A stretch of DNA of 64,000 nucleotides from an uncultured Acidobacteriota bacterium (GTDB taxonomy: Bacteria; Acidobacteriota; UBA6911; RPQK01; JAPXNP01): the NCBI GenBank assembly GCA_963777605.1, contig CAVZRV010000027.1, positions 192,001-256,000 on the forward strand, read 5' to 3'. The position numbers were made by a program, and so were the translations under genes. Shown here piece by piece: positions 20,924 to 31,534 of this stretch. The first letter of the stretch is position 1. Each line of letters opens with the position of its first letter. The notes beneath the pieces were generated by a model that saw only the letters and a list, made by a program, of their open reading frames with translations, was not told the origin of the DNA and made no database searches.

Positions 20924-23081
20924 TGGACGAAGAACGGGTCGAACACTCCCCGATACTCTACGCGACCGAAACCATCACTGAGAGTCCGTTCGTTCGACGC
21001 CTTCGACCGGCGGACGTTTATCCAGGCTCTTGGCACGGGCCTTCTGATCACCGTCGTTCGAGGTGCCGGCGCGGGCCCAGCAGAGCAGGGGTCTTTCACC
21101 CAACGCGGTCGCGGCTCGCCTTTACCTGAACGCGGACGGGACCTTCACGGCCCTCAGCGGAAAGGTCGAAGAAGGCCAGGGCCCGCGCACCGAACTGTTA
21201 CAGGCAGCGGCCGAGGAACTCCACGTCCCGCATGACCAGGTCCAGCTGGTCATGGCCGACACCGACCAGGTACCTGACGACGGCATCACCGCCGGCAGCC
21301 GTACCACTCCGATCAACGTGCCCCAGATGCGGAAGGCTGCGGCCACTGCCCGTGAACTGCTCCAGAGACTGGCCGCGGAGTCCTGGAAAACCGAGGTCTG
21401 CCGAACTCGAAATTGAGAACGGGACCATCCGCAATGCCGCAAGCGGGCAGTCAATGGCCTACCGCGATCTCGCAAAGTCGGCCAATGCCCGGTCATCGCT
21501 CGAGGCCCCGGTCCAACCCGACGTGAATCTGACGCCGGTCGGTGACTGGAAAGTGATGGGGCAACCCGTTTCCAGACCGAACATCCGGGACCTGGTGACC
21601 GGCAATCACCGATACCCATCCGACATCGTCCGCCCCGGCATGCTCTACGGTGCCGTCCTGCGTCCCCCTTCCTTTGGTGCCGAACTGAAATCGGTCGATC
21701 TCTCCCCGGCGAAGTCCATGGAGAAGGTGGTGGCCGTCCAGGATGGATGCCTTTGTCGGATGTGCCGCCCCGGCATCCTACCTTGCCGCGCAGGCGGTGG
21801 AAGCTGTGGCGAAGACGGCCCAGTGGGAAGAGAATGCGCCGGACGTATCCCATCAGACCATTCATACCTACCTGACTGAGCATGCCGATCGAGACCGCGC
21901 CCGTCCCAACGAGCGGGGATCCGTTGACGAAGGCTTCCGCTCGGCTACCACGCAGTCTCGACGCCACTTACACCCTGGCCTACATCCAGCACGCCCCCAT
22001 GGAACCGCGCGCAGCGGTCGCGGAATGGGACCGGGACAGGCTAACGGTCTGGGTGGGCTGTGACGGTCCATTCCGGGCCCGGAACCAGCTGGCGGAGGCG
22101 TTCGGTATCGCACCCGAGAAGGTTCGCGTGATCGTTCCCGACATGGGGGGCGGATTTGGAGGTAAGCACACCGCCGAAGTGGCGGTCGAGGCCGCCCGGC
22201 TTGCCAAGGCTGCCGGCAAGCCGGTCTGGATTCGCTGGACCCGGGAAGAGGAATTCACCTGGGCTTACTTCCGTCCGGCGGCCGTCATCGAGTGTCGCGC
22301 CGGCATGGACTCCCAACACTCGATCACGGCGTGGGAGTTCTCCAACATCAACGCGGGCGGCTCCGGCATCGACACGCCCTACGCGATTCCGAACACCAGG
22401 ATCACTTCGATCCGGTCCGATTCTCCGCTCCACCAAGGGTCCTACCGCTGTCTCGCCGCAACCGGGAACAACTTTGCCCGGGAGTCCTTCATGGACGAAC
22501 TTGCGGCCGCCGCCGGGGCCGACCCGGTCGAGTTCAGGCTGGCACACCTCAAAGACGGCCGAATGCGGGCGGTACTCGAATCCGCCGCCGAACGATTTGG
22601 CTGGGCCCGAGCGCAGCAGGGAGAACTCCCCCGATAAGGCGGTCGGAGTGGCGTGCGGCACCGAGAAGAATTCCTACGTCGCAGCCTGTGTGGAAATCGG
22701 CAATCGACCGCACCAAGGGGCAAATCCACGTCCGGGAAGTGACTGAAGTATTTGAATGCGGCCCGGTTTTGAACCCGGACAATCTCCTTGCCCAGGTCCA
22801 GGGTTGTATCAGCATGGGCCTGGGAGGAGCACTCTCGTGAAGAAATTGAGTTCAAGAACGGCAAAATCCTGAATCCCACCTTTTCCCGATACCGTGTGCC
22901 CCGCTTCCGGGATCTTCCGAAAATTGACGTGCACCTTCTCGACAATACCGATATCCCGCCAGCAGGAGGGGGAGAGACTCCCATCATCGCCGTGGCTCCG
23001 GCAATCGGGAATGCTGTCTTTGCGGCCACCGGAATCCGCCTTCGTTCCATGCCGATGCCCGGAGAAGCGCTGAAGGTATAG
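20923..23081 (+). CDS. Molybdopterin-binding large subunit (IorB-like), several frameshifts
   Basis: [58 protein letters not shown]. Confidence 0.85.
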
Positions 23082-23126
23082 CCATAACACCCGCCCAGGC
23101 GGTAACTCGCATCGGATTCCTGCGGT

Positions 23127-23500
23127 GCCAGCTTCACGTTGCCGCAGATCGCAAACGGGACGGCATCAAAACCCGCTTCGTTCTTTAAAATCCGGGTTAC
23201 TCACCGGGCACGGCAACCCTGAAGCTGACCGACGAAAACAGCCAACCTCTGGTCGTGAAATTCTCGACCAACCAGACCAACAGCCAGTTCAACCTGGCCC
23301 TCCCGGCGAACGGATCTCTGTTCCGGGGAACGGATGATACCGTGACGGTCCCTGTAGGCTACTTCTTCCAGTCGGCACCGGCCGAGTCCGCCTCAGGTTC
23401 TTACTCGGGAAGCGTGGATTTCATCAACGACAGCTACTGGATCGTCGTTCCCGTGGAACCTACGAACTGGCTTTCAGCGCCCTGGCAACAGCTTCCCAGG
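23127..23500 (+). pseudogene. Remnant of the shared secreted-protein module
   Basis: FTLPQIANG / GIKTRFVL*NPG..GTATLKLTDENSQPLVVKF..FNLALPANGS; one frameshift, TAA at 23186, no start. Confidence 0.6.
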
Positions 23501-23601
23501 AGGACGGCACCGCGAGCTACACGATCGAGAAGCGGGTCTCTGGGGTTGCGCTGCGGGAGAACGGAACACAAATAGGCGTTCGTCCCGTTTCTATAACAAC
23601 C

Positions 23602-23745
23602 GTAGGACTGGGGTCGTTCGGCGCGCGGTTCTCCGTGGCCGATCGGCCCTCCAGCCTGCCCTGAGCAGCGGCGCATCGTACCGGAAGGCCCAGCGACCCG
23701 CGTCGTCTGCCTGCCGGTCACGAATACGCTCGACCGGCCTCCTAC
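23602..23745. repeat. GTAG-type REP/REPIN-like inverted pair
   Basis: GTAGGACTGGGGTCG (23602) and CGACCGGCCTCCTAC (ends 23745) are imperfect inverted repeats. Confidence 0.5.
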
Positions 23746-24143
23746 TGGCGCAAAAGGGCGTCCGGCCGGCAAGTGTCGATCCCTTTCCCTTTCCAAGGGA
23801 CACTCCCTTGTTGAACTTATCAACTGTTGGCCGATTGTTGGTCTTGACGCAAGAGATTTACTTGTTCGGATGCAATGTGAGTCTTGATAGGCGAAAAGCC
23901 TTCCGGTGGGAGGAGACGAGGCCGAACGGCCGGAGCCATTGCCTCAAGTCAGCACAGCCAGGGGCAAACGCCACTTCGGACTGACGCCAATCTAACCGGC
24001 TTCAGCTGACAGGAAGACAATCTAAACACCAGAAGAGTGGCTTGTTCGGCTCAACTACACTCACGGATCTTACAACCAGGCTTCAGCTTCCCAAATTTCA
24101 GCGAGAAACGCGATCTTCGAACTACGAGTTCCACACGGCGGGC

Positions 24144-25070
24144 TCACGTCTGAACGAAATTGCTGCGGGGGCCACGAACCGCATAAAGGTTGCCAACCCC
24201 GAGCGGAACCGGTTCTCGGTCGCTCGTGTAGATACCCCTCTGCCGGTACTCATCGAGGGTCCGCTGCACCTCATCTTCATTGCTCACAAGGACCCCCCGC
24301 GTAAACGGCGCAATCGCCTCCCGGTAGCAGCCCCGGGCAAATCCTTCCCGCTCCATCTGTTCAGCCAACTCCACCGGGATCAGCCCATCGTTCTCCTTCG
24401 ATGCCTGCGTCCCCCGCCAATACAGCCGACACCAGAACAACCGCTCGCATTCCTCCGGACTGCCCCCGCCCATCAGTTCCTCGATCGGCATCAGCCAGTC
24501 GTCCCGGGCGTGTCGCCGCATCCAGGCCGACGAGAAGCGCCACTGCTCGGGCCATTTCACCAGATGAGCCCGAAGGGCGTTCAACTCCACGTAAAAGACA
24601 GTCTCGATCAGGTTGCTCGACGTCGTCAACTGGAAGCGATCGGCCCAGAAACGGCCCTTGCGGTTGTAATGCTCGTTGTACCAGCGGGCGTAGGCGGACT
24701 GGATGTTGCGCATCAGTTCGCTGAGGTTGAACAGACGCCGGTTGAAGAGTTCCCACTGGCGATCGTTCCAGCACGAGTAGGGACGGTAGCGGGGATTGGG
24801 ATAGAAGCGTTGGGCGATTTCCAGGAGTCTTCGTCGGGAGAGCTTGCGGTAGGCCTGGAAGCGGACGACGAGGTGGTAGTGGTTGCCCAGGACGTTGAGG
24901 GCGGCGACGGAACAGAAGTAGAGGGAGCAGAAATGGTGGATGAGAAAGATGAGCTGGAGGGCATTTTCGGGTTCCTGGAGGGGATAATCGCCGATATGAC
25001 CGGCGACCAGGCCTCGGACGTGGAACAGGCCTCCGGCAGTGGCGTTGAGGTTGCGCGCCAGACGAGCCAT
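24144..25070 (-). CDS. REP-associated tyrosine transposase (RAYT, Y1 HUH family)
   Basis: LGNHYHLV HUH motif, YARWYN...RKGRFWADRF, YVELNALRA catalytic Tyr, PEQWRFSS; 308 aa from ATG 25070. Confidence 0.88.
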   Translation of the reverse strand: MARLARNLNATAGGLFHVRGLVAGHIGDYPLQEPENALQLIFLIHHFCSLYFCSVAALNVLGNHYHLVVRFQAYRKLSRRRLLEIAQRFYPNPRYRPYSCWNDRQWELFNRRLFNLSELMRNIQSAYARWYNEHYNRKGRFWADRFQLTTSSNLIETVFYVELNALRAHLVKWPEQWRFSSAWMRRHARDDWLMPIEELMGGGSPEECERLFWCRLYWRGTQASKENDGLIPVELAEQMEREGFARGCYREAIAPFTRGVLVSNEDEVQRTLDEYRQRGIYTSDREPVPLGVGNLYAVRGPRSNFVQT

Positions 25071-25296
25071 CGAAGCATTCCTTTCTGAAGACCGACGATC
25101 GGGGCCTTCATCCATAAAGAACGTTCGAGGCGAAAGAAGTGCGAGAATGTGCAGCTGGAGGGACGAGAGAATGTCCAAGACGCATCGGGCCGAAGGCTCC
25201 CAGGCGGGATCCCTCGAATGGGCGGGCGGGTGCAGAAAGGCTCGGACACCGGGGCTTTCCCCGACGCATCGGTGGAGCGCAGCGGGAGCCAGGAAT

Positions 25297-25373
25297 CCAG
25301 GCAAGGAATCTAGGGACACTCCCTGTCGTTCCCTCCCAGGCAAGGAATCTAGGGACACTCCCTGTCGTTCCCT
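25297..25373. repeat. Tandem 38-bp perfect repeat (period 39)
   Basis: CCAGGCAAGGAATCTAGGGACACTCCCTGTCGTTCCCT at 25297-25334 and 25336-25373. Confidence 0.95.
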
Positions 25374-25389
25374 GGCAAAGCGCTTGATT

Positions 25390-27307
25390 GAATCGCACAG
25401 CTTGCTGCCCGTGCCAGGGCAAATACTCTTGGGTTGCGGAGAGATTTGAAAAAGACGCGTTCATTAACATCGACAACCCCGCGAAGGTCAGCGAGTACCT
25501 CGCGAAATTCGAGAAAGAGCGCACCGGCATCCGTGACCGTATCGCAGATCTCCGCAAGCTCACAACGCTTCCCGGTGACCAGTCTCGGCTCTCTCAGATT
25601 GAGGCCGACCTGAACGTCTACCTCGATGGGATAACCACCGTCTTCAAGAAGGTCCAAGCAGGAAAGATCACCACAGCGGAGGCAGGAAACCAGGCAGTCG
25701 GGTAGTTCAAGGACGAAATCCACCGACTGGAGAACAGCGTCTTCGAGCTCTCCGACGAAGCATTTTCTCGAATGGATGCCCAAAAGGAGACGCTGAGTGC
25801 CGCTGAAACCAGCGCCGTCTCCAAGATGGTGATGTTCACCTGTTTGGCTCTCGTCGCAGGAGCCGGCATGGGGGTCCTGATCACTGGCAGCATCACCCGC
25901 CCGCTCCGGTCGGCGGTTTCGGTGGCGAAGCAGATCGCGTTGGGAGACACATCCATCAAGATCGACACACCCCGGAACACTGATGAGACGGCAGAGTTGA
26001 TGCAGGCCATGGCAATGATGGTGTCATCGCAGACCCAGATGGCTGAAACGGCGCAAAAGATCGCCGATGGAGACGTCTCCGCCAGTGCCCACGCCCGGAG
26101 CGAGAAAGGCGTGCTGGGCAAGTCCTTCGGCGAAGTACTGACGGCGCTTCAGGACCTTGTAGCGGAAACCGGCCAACTTGTGCGAAGCGCCAGGGAGGGG
26201 AATCTCGAAGCACGGGGAGATGCCGGACGATTCCGGGGAGCATACCGCGAACTGGTTCAAGGAATTAACGAGACTCTTAATGCAGTTACTGGGCCGATCA
26301 ACGAAGCAGCTCAGGTGCTGGGGCGCGTTGCGCAGCGGGACCTGACAGCGCGAATGGAGGGTCACTATCGCGGTGAATTCTCCAGGATAAAGGACGCTCT
26401 CAACGAAGCCGTGGGGAATCTCGATCTGGGCCTCGGCCGTGTGTCGGTGGGAGCCGATCAGGTGAGCACAGCCTCGTCTCAAATCAGTGCCGCGAGCCAA
26501 TCTCTTGCTCAGGAGGCCTCGGAACAGGCGAGTTCACTCGAAGAAGTCAGCAGCAGCCTCCACGAGGTTGCCGCCATGGCCGCGACCAACGCATCCAGCG
26601 CCAAAGACGCCCAGTCCATGATCCGGGAAGCCCGGCTGAGCTCCGTGGCAGGCGTGCAGGAGATGGGCTTCTTGAGCAACTCGATGCAGAAAATGAAGGC
26701 CTCCTCCGAGCAGACGGCTAGAATTGTCAAGACGATTGACGAGATCGCCTTTCAAACCAACCTGCTGGCTTTGAATGCCGCAGTCGAGGCGGCTCGAGCC
26801 GGCGAGGCGGGAAAAGGCTTTGCGGTGGTAGCCGAAGAAGTCCGCAACCTCGCGATCCGAAGTGCCGAAGCAGCCAAGAACACGTTCCAACTGATAGAGG
26901 ATTCGGTGGCGAACGTTGATGACGGGTTCAAGAAGAACAACGCCCGCCTGGAAAGGCTTGAAGAGATCAATCAGAAGATCGAGTCCGTGGAAGAAGGGAT
27001 GGGCAAGGTTGCTGCTGCCTCCGAGAGACAGCGCGAGGGGATTGGCCAAGTGAATTCGGCGATTGAACAGATGAATCAACTGACCCAGGAAACGGCAGCA
27101 AGTTCTGAGGAATCCGCGAGTGCATCACATAATCTTCTGGACCAGGCACAGGAGATGAGAGGAGTCGTGGAGGACTTCAAACTGGGCCATTCCGGGAACG
27201 CTGCGGCCTCGACATATCGAGGCAATCCCCCAGCCGAGGAGCAACTCCCGACCAAGTACCCTTCGTCGAATTCGCTTGGAAGAACGTTCGCCCTGCACCG
27301 AGCCTGA
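25390..27307 (+). pseudogene. Methyl-accepting chemotaxis protein, 5'-truncated, with frameshift and in-frame TAG
   Basis: [34 protein letters not shown], HAMPs and TM2; four-helix sensor remnant ARANTLGLRR/FEKD; TAG at 25703; no TM1 or start. Confidence 0.85.
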
Positions 27308-27496
27308 TTCCGTAGCGAGCAGGTCCTGTTCAAAGTTCATTTGCGGCTCGGGGAGAACCGGGCCGATGAGTGGAAATCTGCTCGATTCCTCCCAGCCGCC
27401 GATTACGCTATCCTGTTTCTGCGCGGCACTCAGAGGGTGACAGACTGGATTCTGTCTCTCTCGAAGGAAGGATGATGACTTATCGGCTCCAGGAAC

Positions 27497-27968
27497 TTGA
27501 AGCCGGCTAAGGCCTGGACGGTTGAAATGGACCCTTCCCAGATCGACCAGATACTGGCAAACCTTTGCATCAATGCCCGGGACGCTATCACCGGCGTTGG
27601 GGAAATTACGATCGAAACCGGCAACGTGATCTTTGACCAAGCCTATTGCGACGGCCACCCCGAGTTTGTTCCGGGAGAGTTCTCGACGTTGGCTGTCAGC
27701 GATGATGGATGCGGGATGGATCGCCCGGGAGTACGAAGGGACGATAGACCTTCTCATAACAGACGTGGTCATGCCCGAGATGAACGGAAAAGAGCTGGCG
27801 GCCACCCTGACGTCGATGCACCCCCATCTCAAGTGCCTCTTTACTTCCGGCTACACCGCCAACGTGATCGCCCACGACGGCGTCCTCGATGAGGGAGTAA
27901 ACTTCATCCAGAAGCCGTTTCAGCTCCACGAGTTGGCAAACAAGTTGCGTGAGATGCTGGACGGCTAA
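27497..27968 (+). pseudogene. Hybrid histidine kinase remnant (partial HATPase joined to partial REC)
   Basis: DPSQIDQILANLCINARDA..VSDDGCGMD joined out of frame to IDLLITDVVMPEMNG..SGY..FIQKPF. Confidence 0.85.
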
Positions 27969-28138
27969 AGAGGGTTAACGGCGGTGGACCTCTCCGTCGG
28001 AATCACCAAATCAGGTAATTTCTCCTTGTCCGCCGCTCTGCTTCGAGAGAAACTGGCATCCCCGGAAGACGACATTTTCGTCGATTCCTGGACCGAGAGG
28101 TTGAATAGCGAATCCAAACAGCCGGGAGGAAACAGGGC

Positions 28139-29527
28139 ATGGGAAGCAGTGTGAATCGCCGGACATTTCTGAAAGCATCCGCCGCAACAGTCTCGACTGT
28201 GGCACTGAACAAGGGAGCCACCGCCCAGGAATCAGGTGGCGATCGGCCGGTGAAGCTGGGCTTCGTCGGGGTGGGCAACCGTGGATCCTACCACCTCGAT
28301 TGTGCCCTCGGTATGGAGAACGTCGAGGTCCTGGCAGTCTGTGACACGGACGATGGAGCGCTTTATCGCGCCAAGCGGTGGGTCGAGGACTCCGGCCGGC
28401 CGTCCCCCCGACTTTACGGAGGAAGTGAAACCGCCTACCAGAAACTGTGTGAGACGGAAGATCTGGACTGCGTGATCTGCTGTACCCCCTGGGACTTTCA
28501 CACCCCCGTTTGTGTCGCCTCGATGACCAACGGCAAGAATGCCGTCAGTGAAGTGCCGATTCTTCTGACCGAGGACCAGGGCTGGGAACTGGTGGAAACT
28601 CACGAAAAGACGGGTAAGTGGGCGACCCTGGGGCTGGAGGGCTTCGGCGATCTCACCCTGATGAACATGGTGAGGCAAGGGCTTTTCGGCGACGTCCTCC
28701 ACGCCGAAGGGGGCTACGTGCACGACCTCCGGATGGTCAAGTTCAACCCCCTGGAAGAACCTTGGCGCCTGCAACATTCAATTGATCGCAACGGCAATCT
28801 CTACCCGGATCACCCCATGAGCCGGATCCTTCGGCTCCTCGACATCAACCACGGCGACCGCTTCGACCGCCTTGTATCGATGAGTTCCAAGGCCGTGATG
28901 CTGAATGAATACGCGGCTCACAAGTTCGGCGAAGAGCACCCCTATGCGGCCACTAAAATGTCCCAGGGCGACGTCAACGTGACGCTGCTGCACACCGAGG
29001 GCGGCAAGGTGGTCACATTGAACTTCGACACCAACACGCCGCATCCCAGGGAGGCTTTCCGCCTCCAGGGAACCAAGGGAGTCTTCCAGTCCGGGATCAC
29101 TCTGCCCACTCCGCAGGCCGACCGCTCCTCGGCGCCCGCCGAGCCGTACTGGAGGCGCAGAGGAGCCCGCGCCATGATGTACATCGACGGCCGCAGCCCG
29201 GAATCCGACCGGTGGGAGTCGGCGGCGCCCTACTACGAGGAGTACGAACATCCTTACCTGAAGAGCTACCAGCCCCAGGAGAGGAAGAGGGCACTTCGCG
29301 GTCACGGCGGCGGAAGCTCAACCACCCCGGTGACCTGGGTTCGGCTGGTGAATGCGCTCCGAGCCGGAAAGATCACTGACTACGACGTATATGATTCGGT
29401 CGCCAGCAGCGTCATCTCCCCGCTGAGCGAGAAATCGGTGGCCGGCGGCAGCGTTCCGGTCGAGTTTCCCGACTTCACGAGGGGAAAGTACAAGACGGCC
29501 AAGCCCTTCGATATTGAACCGATCTGA
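28139..29527 (+). CDS. Tat-exported Gfo/Idh/MocA oxidoreductase, GH109-like
   Basis: NRRTFL; GVGNRG, TPWDFH, EGGYVHDL, RNGNLYP.H, GHGG, FPDFTRG. Confidence 0.88.
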   Translation: MGSSVNRRTFLKASAATVSTVALNKGATAQESGGDRPVKLGFVGVGNRGSYHLDCALGMENVEVLAVCDTDDGALYRAKRWVEDSGRPSPRLYGGSETAYQKLCETEDLDCVICCTPWDFHTPVCVASMTNGKNAVSEVPILLTEDQGWELVETHEKTGKWATLGLEGFGDLTLMNMVRQGLFGDVLHAEGGYVHDLRMVKFNPLEEPWRLQHSIDRNGNLYPDHPMSRILRLLDINHGDRFDRLVSMSSKAVMLNEYAAHKFGEEHPYAATKMSQGDVNVTLLHTEGGKVVTLNFDTNTPHPREAFRLQGTKGVFQSGITLPTPQADRSSAPAEPYWRRRGARAMMYIDGRSPESDRWESAAPYYEEYEHPYLKSYQPQERKRALRGHGGGSSTTPVTWVRLVNALRAGKITDYDVYDSVASSVISPLSEKSVAGGSVPVEFPDFTRGKYKTAKPFDIEPI

Positions 29528-29546
29528 GACGGGGGCCGGGAGATTC

Positions 29547-29981
29547 TTGACTGATTCGACAGGTGGCGCCGAAACTCCGGAGAACATTCGAGTGGTTATG
29601 GACACCTGTGCCCTGGTTGCCGCTCGCTTCTCTCCGGAAGGCGCTGCCTCCCGGCTGATTGATCTCTGTATCGACGGCCGGGTCGATGCCGTAATCACCG
29701 ACGACATCGAACGGGAGAACCTCGACATTATCGCCAAGGTGCGCCCGCCGGCAGGATTCCGGCAACGACTGGAGCGCTTCCATTCCTCTGCGGTCCGGGT
29801 GACGTCCGAACTCCGCCTCGACGTGGTCGAGGATCCCGCCGACAACAAGTATCTTGAATGCGCCCAGGCCGGTCGCGCGAATTTCATTGTCACGAGTGAC
29901 AGGCATCTGCTCGTTCATGACGGATTCCAAGGAATCCGCATCTGTACGGCCGGCCGTCTCCTGGAAGAGTTTGACGGGTAG
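29547..29981 (+). CDS. PIN domain protein (putative TA toxin)
   Basis: RVVMDT, DPADNKYLECA, FIVTSDRHLL; start uncertain. Confidence 0.85.
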   Translation: MTDSTGGAETPENIRVVMDTCALVAARFSPEGAASRLIDLCIDGRVDAVITDDIERENLDIIAKVRPPAGFRQRLERFHSSAVRVTSELRLDVVEDPADNKYLECAQAGRANFIVTSDRHLLVHDGFQGIRICTAGRLLEEFDG

Positions 29982-30144
29982 TCTGCATCCTCAATCGGAA
30001 ATGTCGAGCAAAATCGGGTGGTGCTTTCCGGCCGGGATTCCTGCGCCGAGAGGGTTGTTTCCGAAGGGCGGTGTCAGCCCCCCGGCCGGAACAAGAATCA
30101 GGGGACCATTGGTCGTAGCCAGACCGATCAGTCCGCCATTTCGT

Positions 30145-30924
30145 TCACAACTCTCGATACTCTCCGGCACACTCCCATCGCCGGCAGGTGACGTGCTCGA
30201 TGGGGACTTCGCCGGCCAATGCGGTCGCAAAGCCCGGAACCGAAGGAAGATCCAGCAGGACCCACCTCGGGAGTTCGTTTTCCTCGTCGCCGCCCTCCAG
30301 TAAGGCGGCCGGCTCGCCAGGCCCGCAGGACACGCTGAAACGGTCCAGGGGAAGGGACAGTCCCCGTCCCACCGCTTTGACGAAAGCCTCCTTCCGGGCC
30401 CAGCAGACGAAGAAGGCCGGCTTCCGCAACTCGGGAGGCAGCCCAAGGATCTGCGCGACTTCCATCCGTGAAAAGAACCTTCGGGATACCTCGTCTACGT
30501 TCACGGTTCGGTCGATGCGCTCAATGTCGATTCCAAGCTCCTTGTCCTCAGCCAGCGCAAGCAGAGACACGTTTCCTGAGTGCGACAGGTTGAAACTGAG
30601 CGGAGTCCTTCCGCAGACTTGCGGCTTCCCGTAGAAATTCGTTTCGATCCCGATCCGGTGCGGTTCGATTTCCAGGTACTTCCCCAGTACGGCGCGAAGA
30701 AAATAGCGCCGCGCCACAAATCTCACCCGGTGCTCTTCGAATCGGAATCCCGCCGCGCGCGCGTGCTCTTCGCCGGAGAGGCTTGCGACGTACTGTGCGT
30801 TCAACGCCTGCCCGGGATCGTGCTCAGTGAGCCAGACGTGAACCTCATTTCGCCCCAGGGCCTGCGTACCGGGGGACGTCCGCCACGCGAATGGATCTGG
30901 AACAACTCTCTGATTGTCAATCAT
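30145..30924 (-). CDS. Sfp-type 4'-phosphopantetheinyl transferase
   Basis: YGKP, FNLSHSG, LGIDIE, WARKEAFVKAVG.GL. Confidence 0.92.
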   Translation of the reverse strand: MIDNQRVVPDPFAWRTSPGTQALGRNEVHVWLTEHDPGQALNAQYVASLSGEEHARAAGFRFEEHRVRFVARRYFLRAVLGKYLEIEPHRIGIETNFYGKPQVCGRTPLSFNLSHSGNVSLLALAEDKELGIDIERIDRTVNVDEVSRRFFSRMEVAQILGLPPELRKPAFFVCWARKEAFVKAVGRGLSLPLDRFSVSCGPGEPAALLEGGDEENELPRWVLLDLPSVPGFATALAGEVPIEHVTCRRWECAGEYREL

Positions 30925-31534
30925 ACCGCGCTGCAATCCCGGTCGTCGTCAACCCTTCGTCGCCCCGTTTCCGAACCGCCTTCCAGGCCTCGGGCTTCAT
31001 GTTGCCCTCCCCAAAGTCTGACTACGGCCAGAGCGAATTTCTCCGACGAATTTCATCCACCCGTCCCAAAGGCTAGCAGATTGATCGGTTCCGCCTGTCC
31101 GAACACGATGGCAATCTGGGTCCAAACGCGGTCCATTCTCGCACCGATCGTGCGTTTACCCAATCCCCTGTGCGGGGCTTCCCCTGCAAACCGACACCCC
31201 ACGGCAGTGTAGGCTTGCCAGGTGGCGGGAATGGCTATCCGGAACAAGGTCGTTTTTTGTGTCTCGCCCTGGCTTGAGGCGCAATTGGCCGAAGCGCCTT
31301 TCATACCCGCTCGCTCGTTTGGAACGCCAAGGCTTGAAGGGCGCCAGGGTTGTTTGGGTTGAAAATGAATGGGGATTTTGCGTTCAGGGAACCCTGACGG
31401 TTTAATCACTCGGCTGCTCCGAGAAGGAGTTCCTCGAGGCCGTAGGTGCGCTGTCACCCGAACTGAGCCAAATCGCCACCTCCTGAAGTCGTCCAGTCCG
31501 TCAAATCTGCGTAGTTTCCACGGATACCCCTTCC

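Larger units (their letters stand above)
23794..25373 (-). mobile_element. RAYT-carrying unit bounded by AGGGACACTCCCT palindromes
   Basis: CAAGGGACACTCCCTTG at 23794-23810; AGGGACACTCCCT at 25312 and 25351; gene remnants on both sides. Confidence 0.6.

Noticed and set aside
19437-20981. 514-aa ORF suggesting a hydrolase-(2Fe-2S) fusion
   Set aside because: Frameshift artefact: the hydrolase C-terminus ends at 20367 in another frame, and the 2Fe-2S gene has its own RBS and ATG.
23985-24050. ATCTAAC..CAGCTGAC resembling an integron attC half-site
   Set aside because: No complementary GTTAGAT end, no cassette array and no integrase.
24042-25088. Long antisense ORFs (this one and e.g. 3765-4856, 55656-56858)
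   Set aside because: Shadow ORFs opposite well-supported genes, as expected in high-GC DNA.
25297-25373. Tandem repeat as a CRISPR array
   Set aside because: Only two adjacent copies, no spacers and no cas genes.
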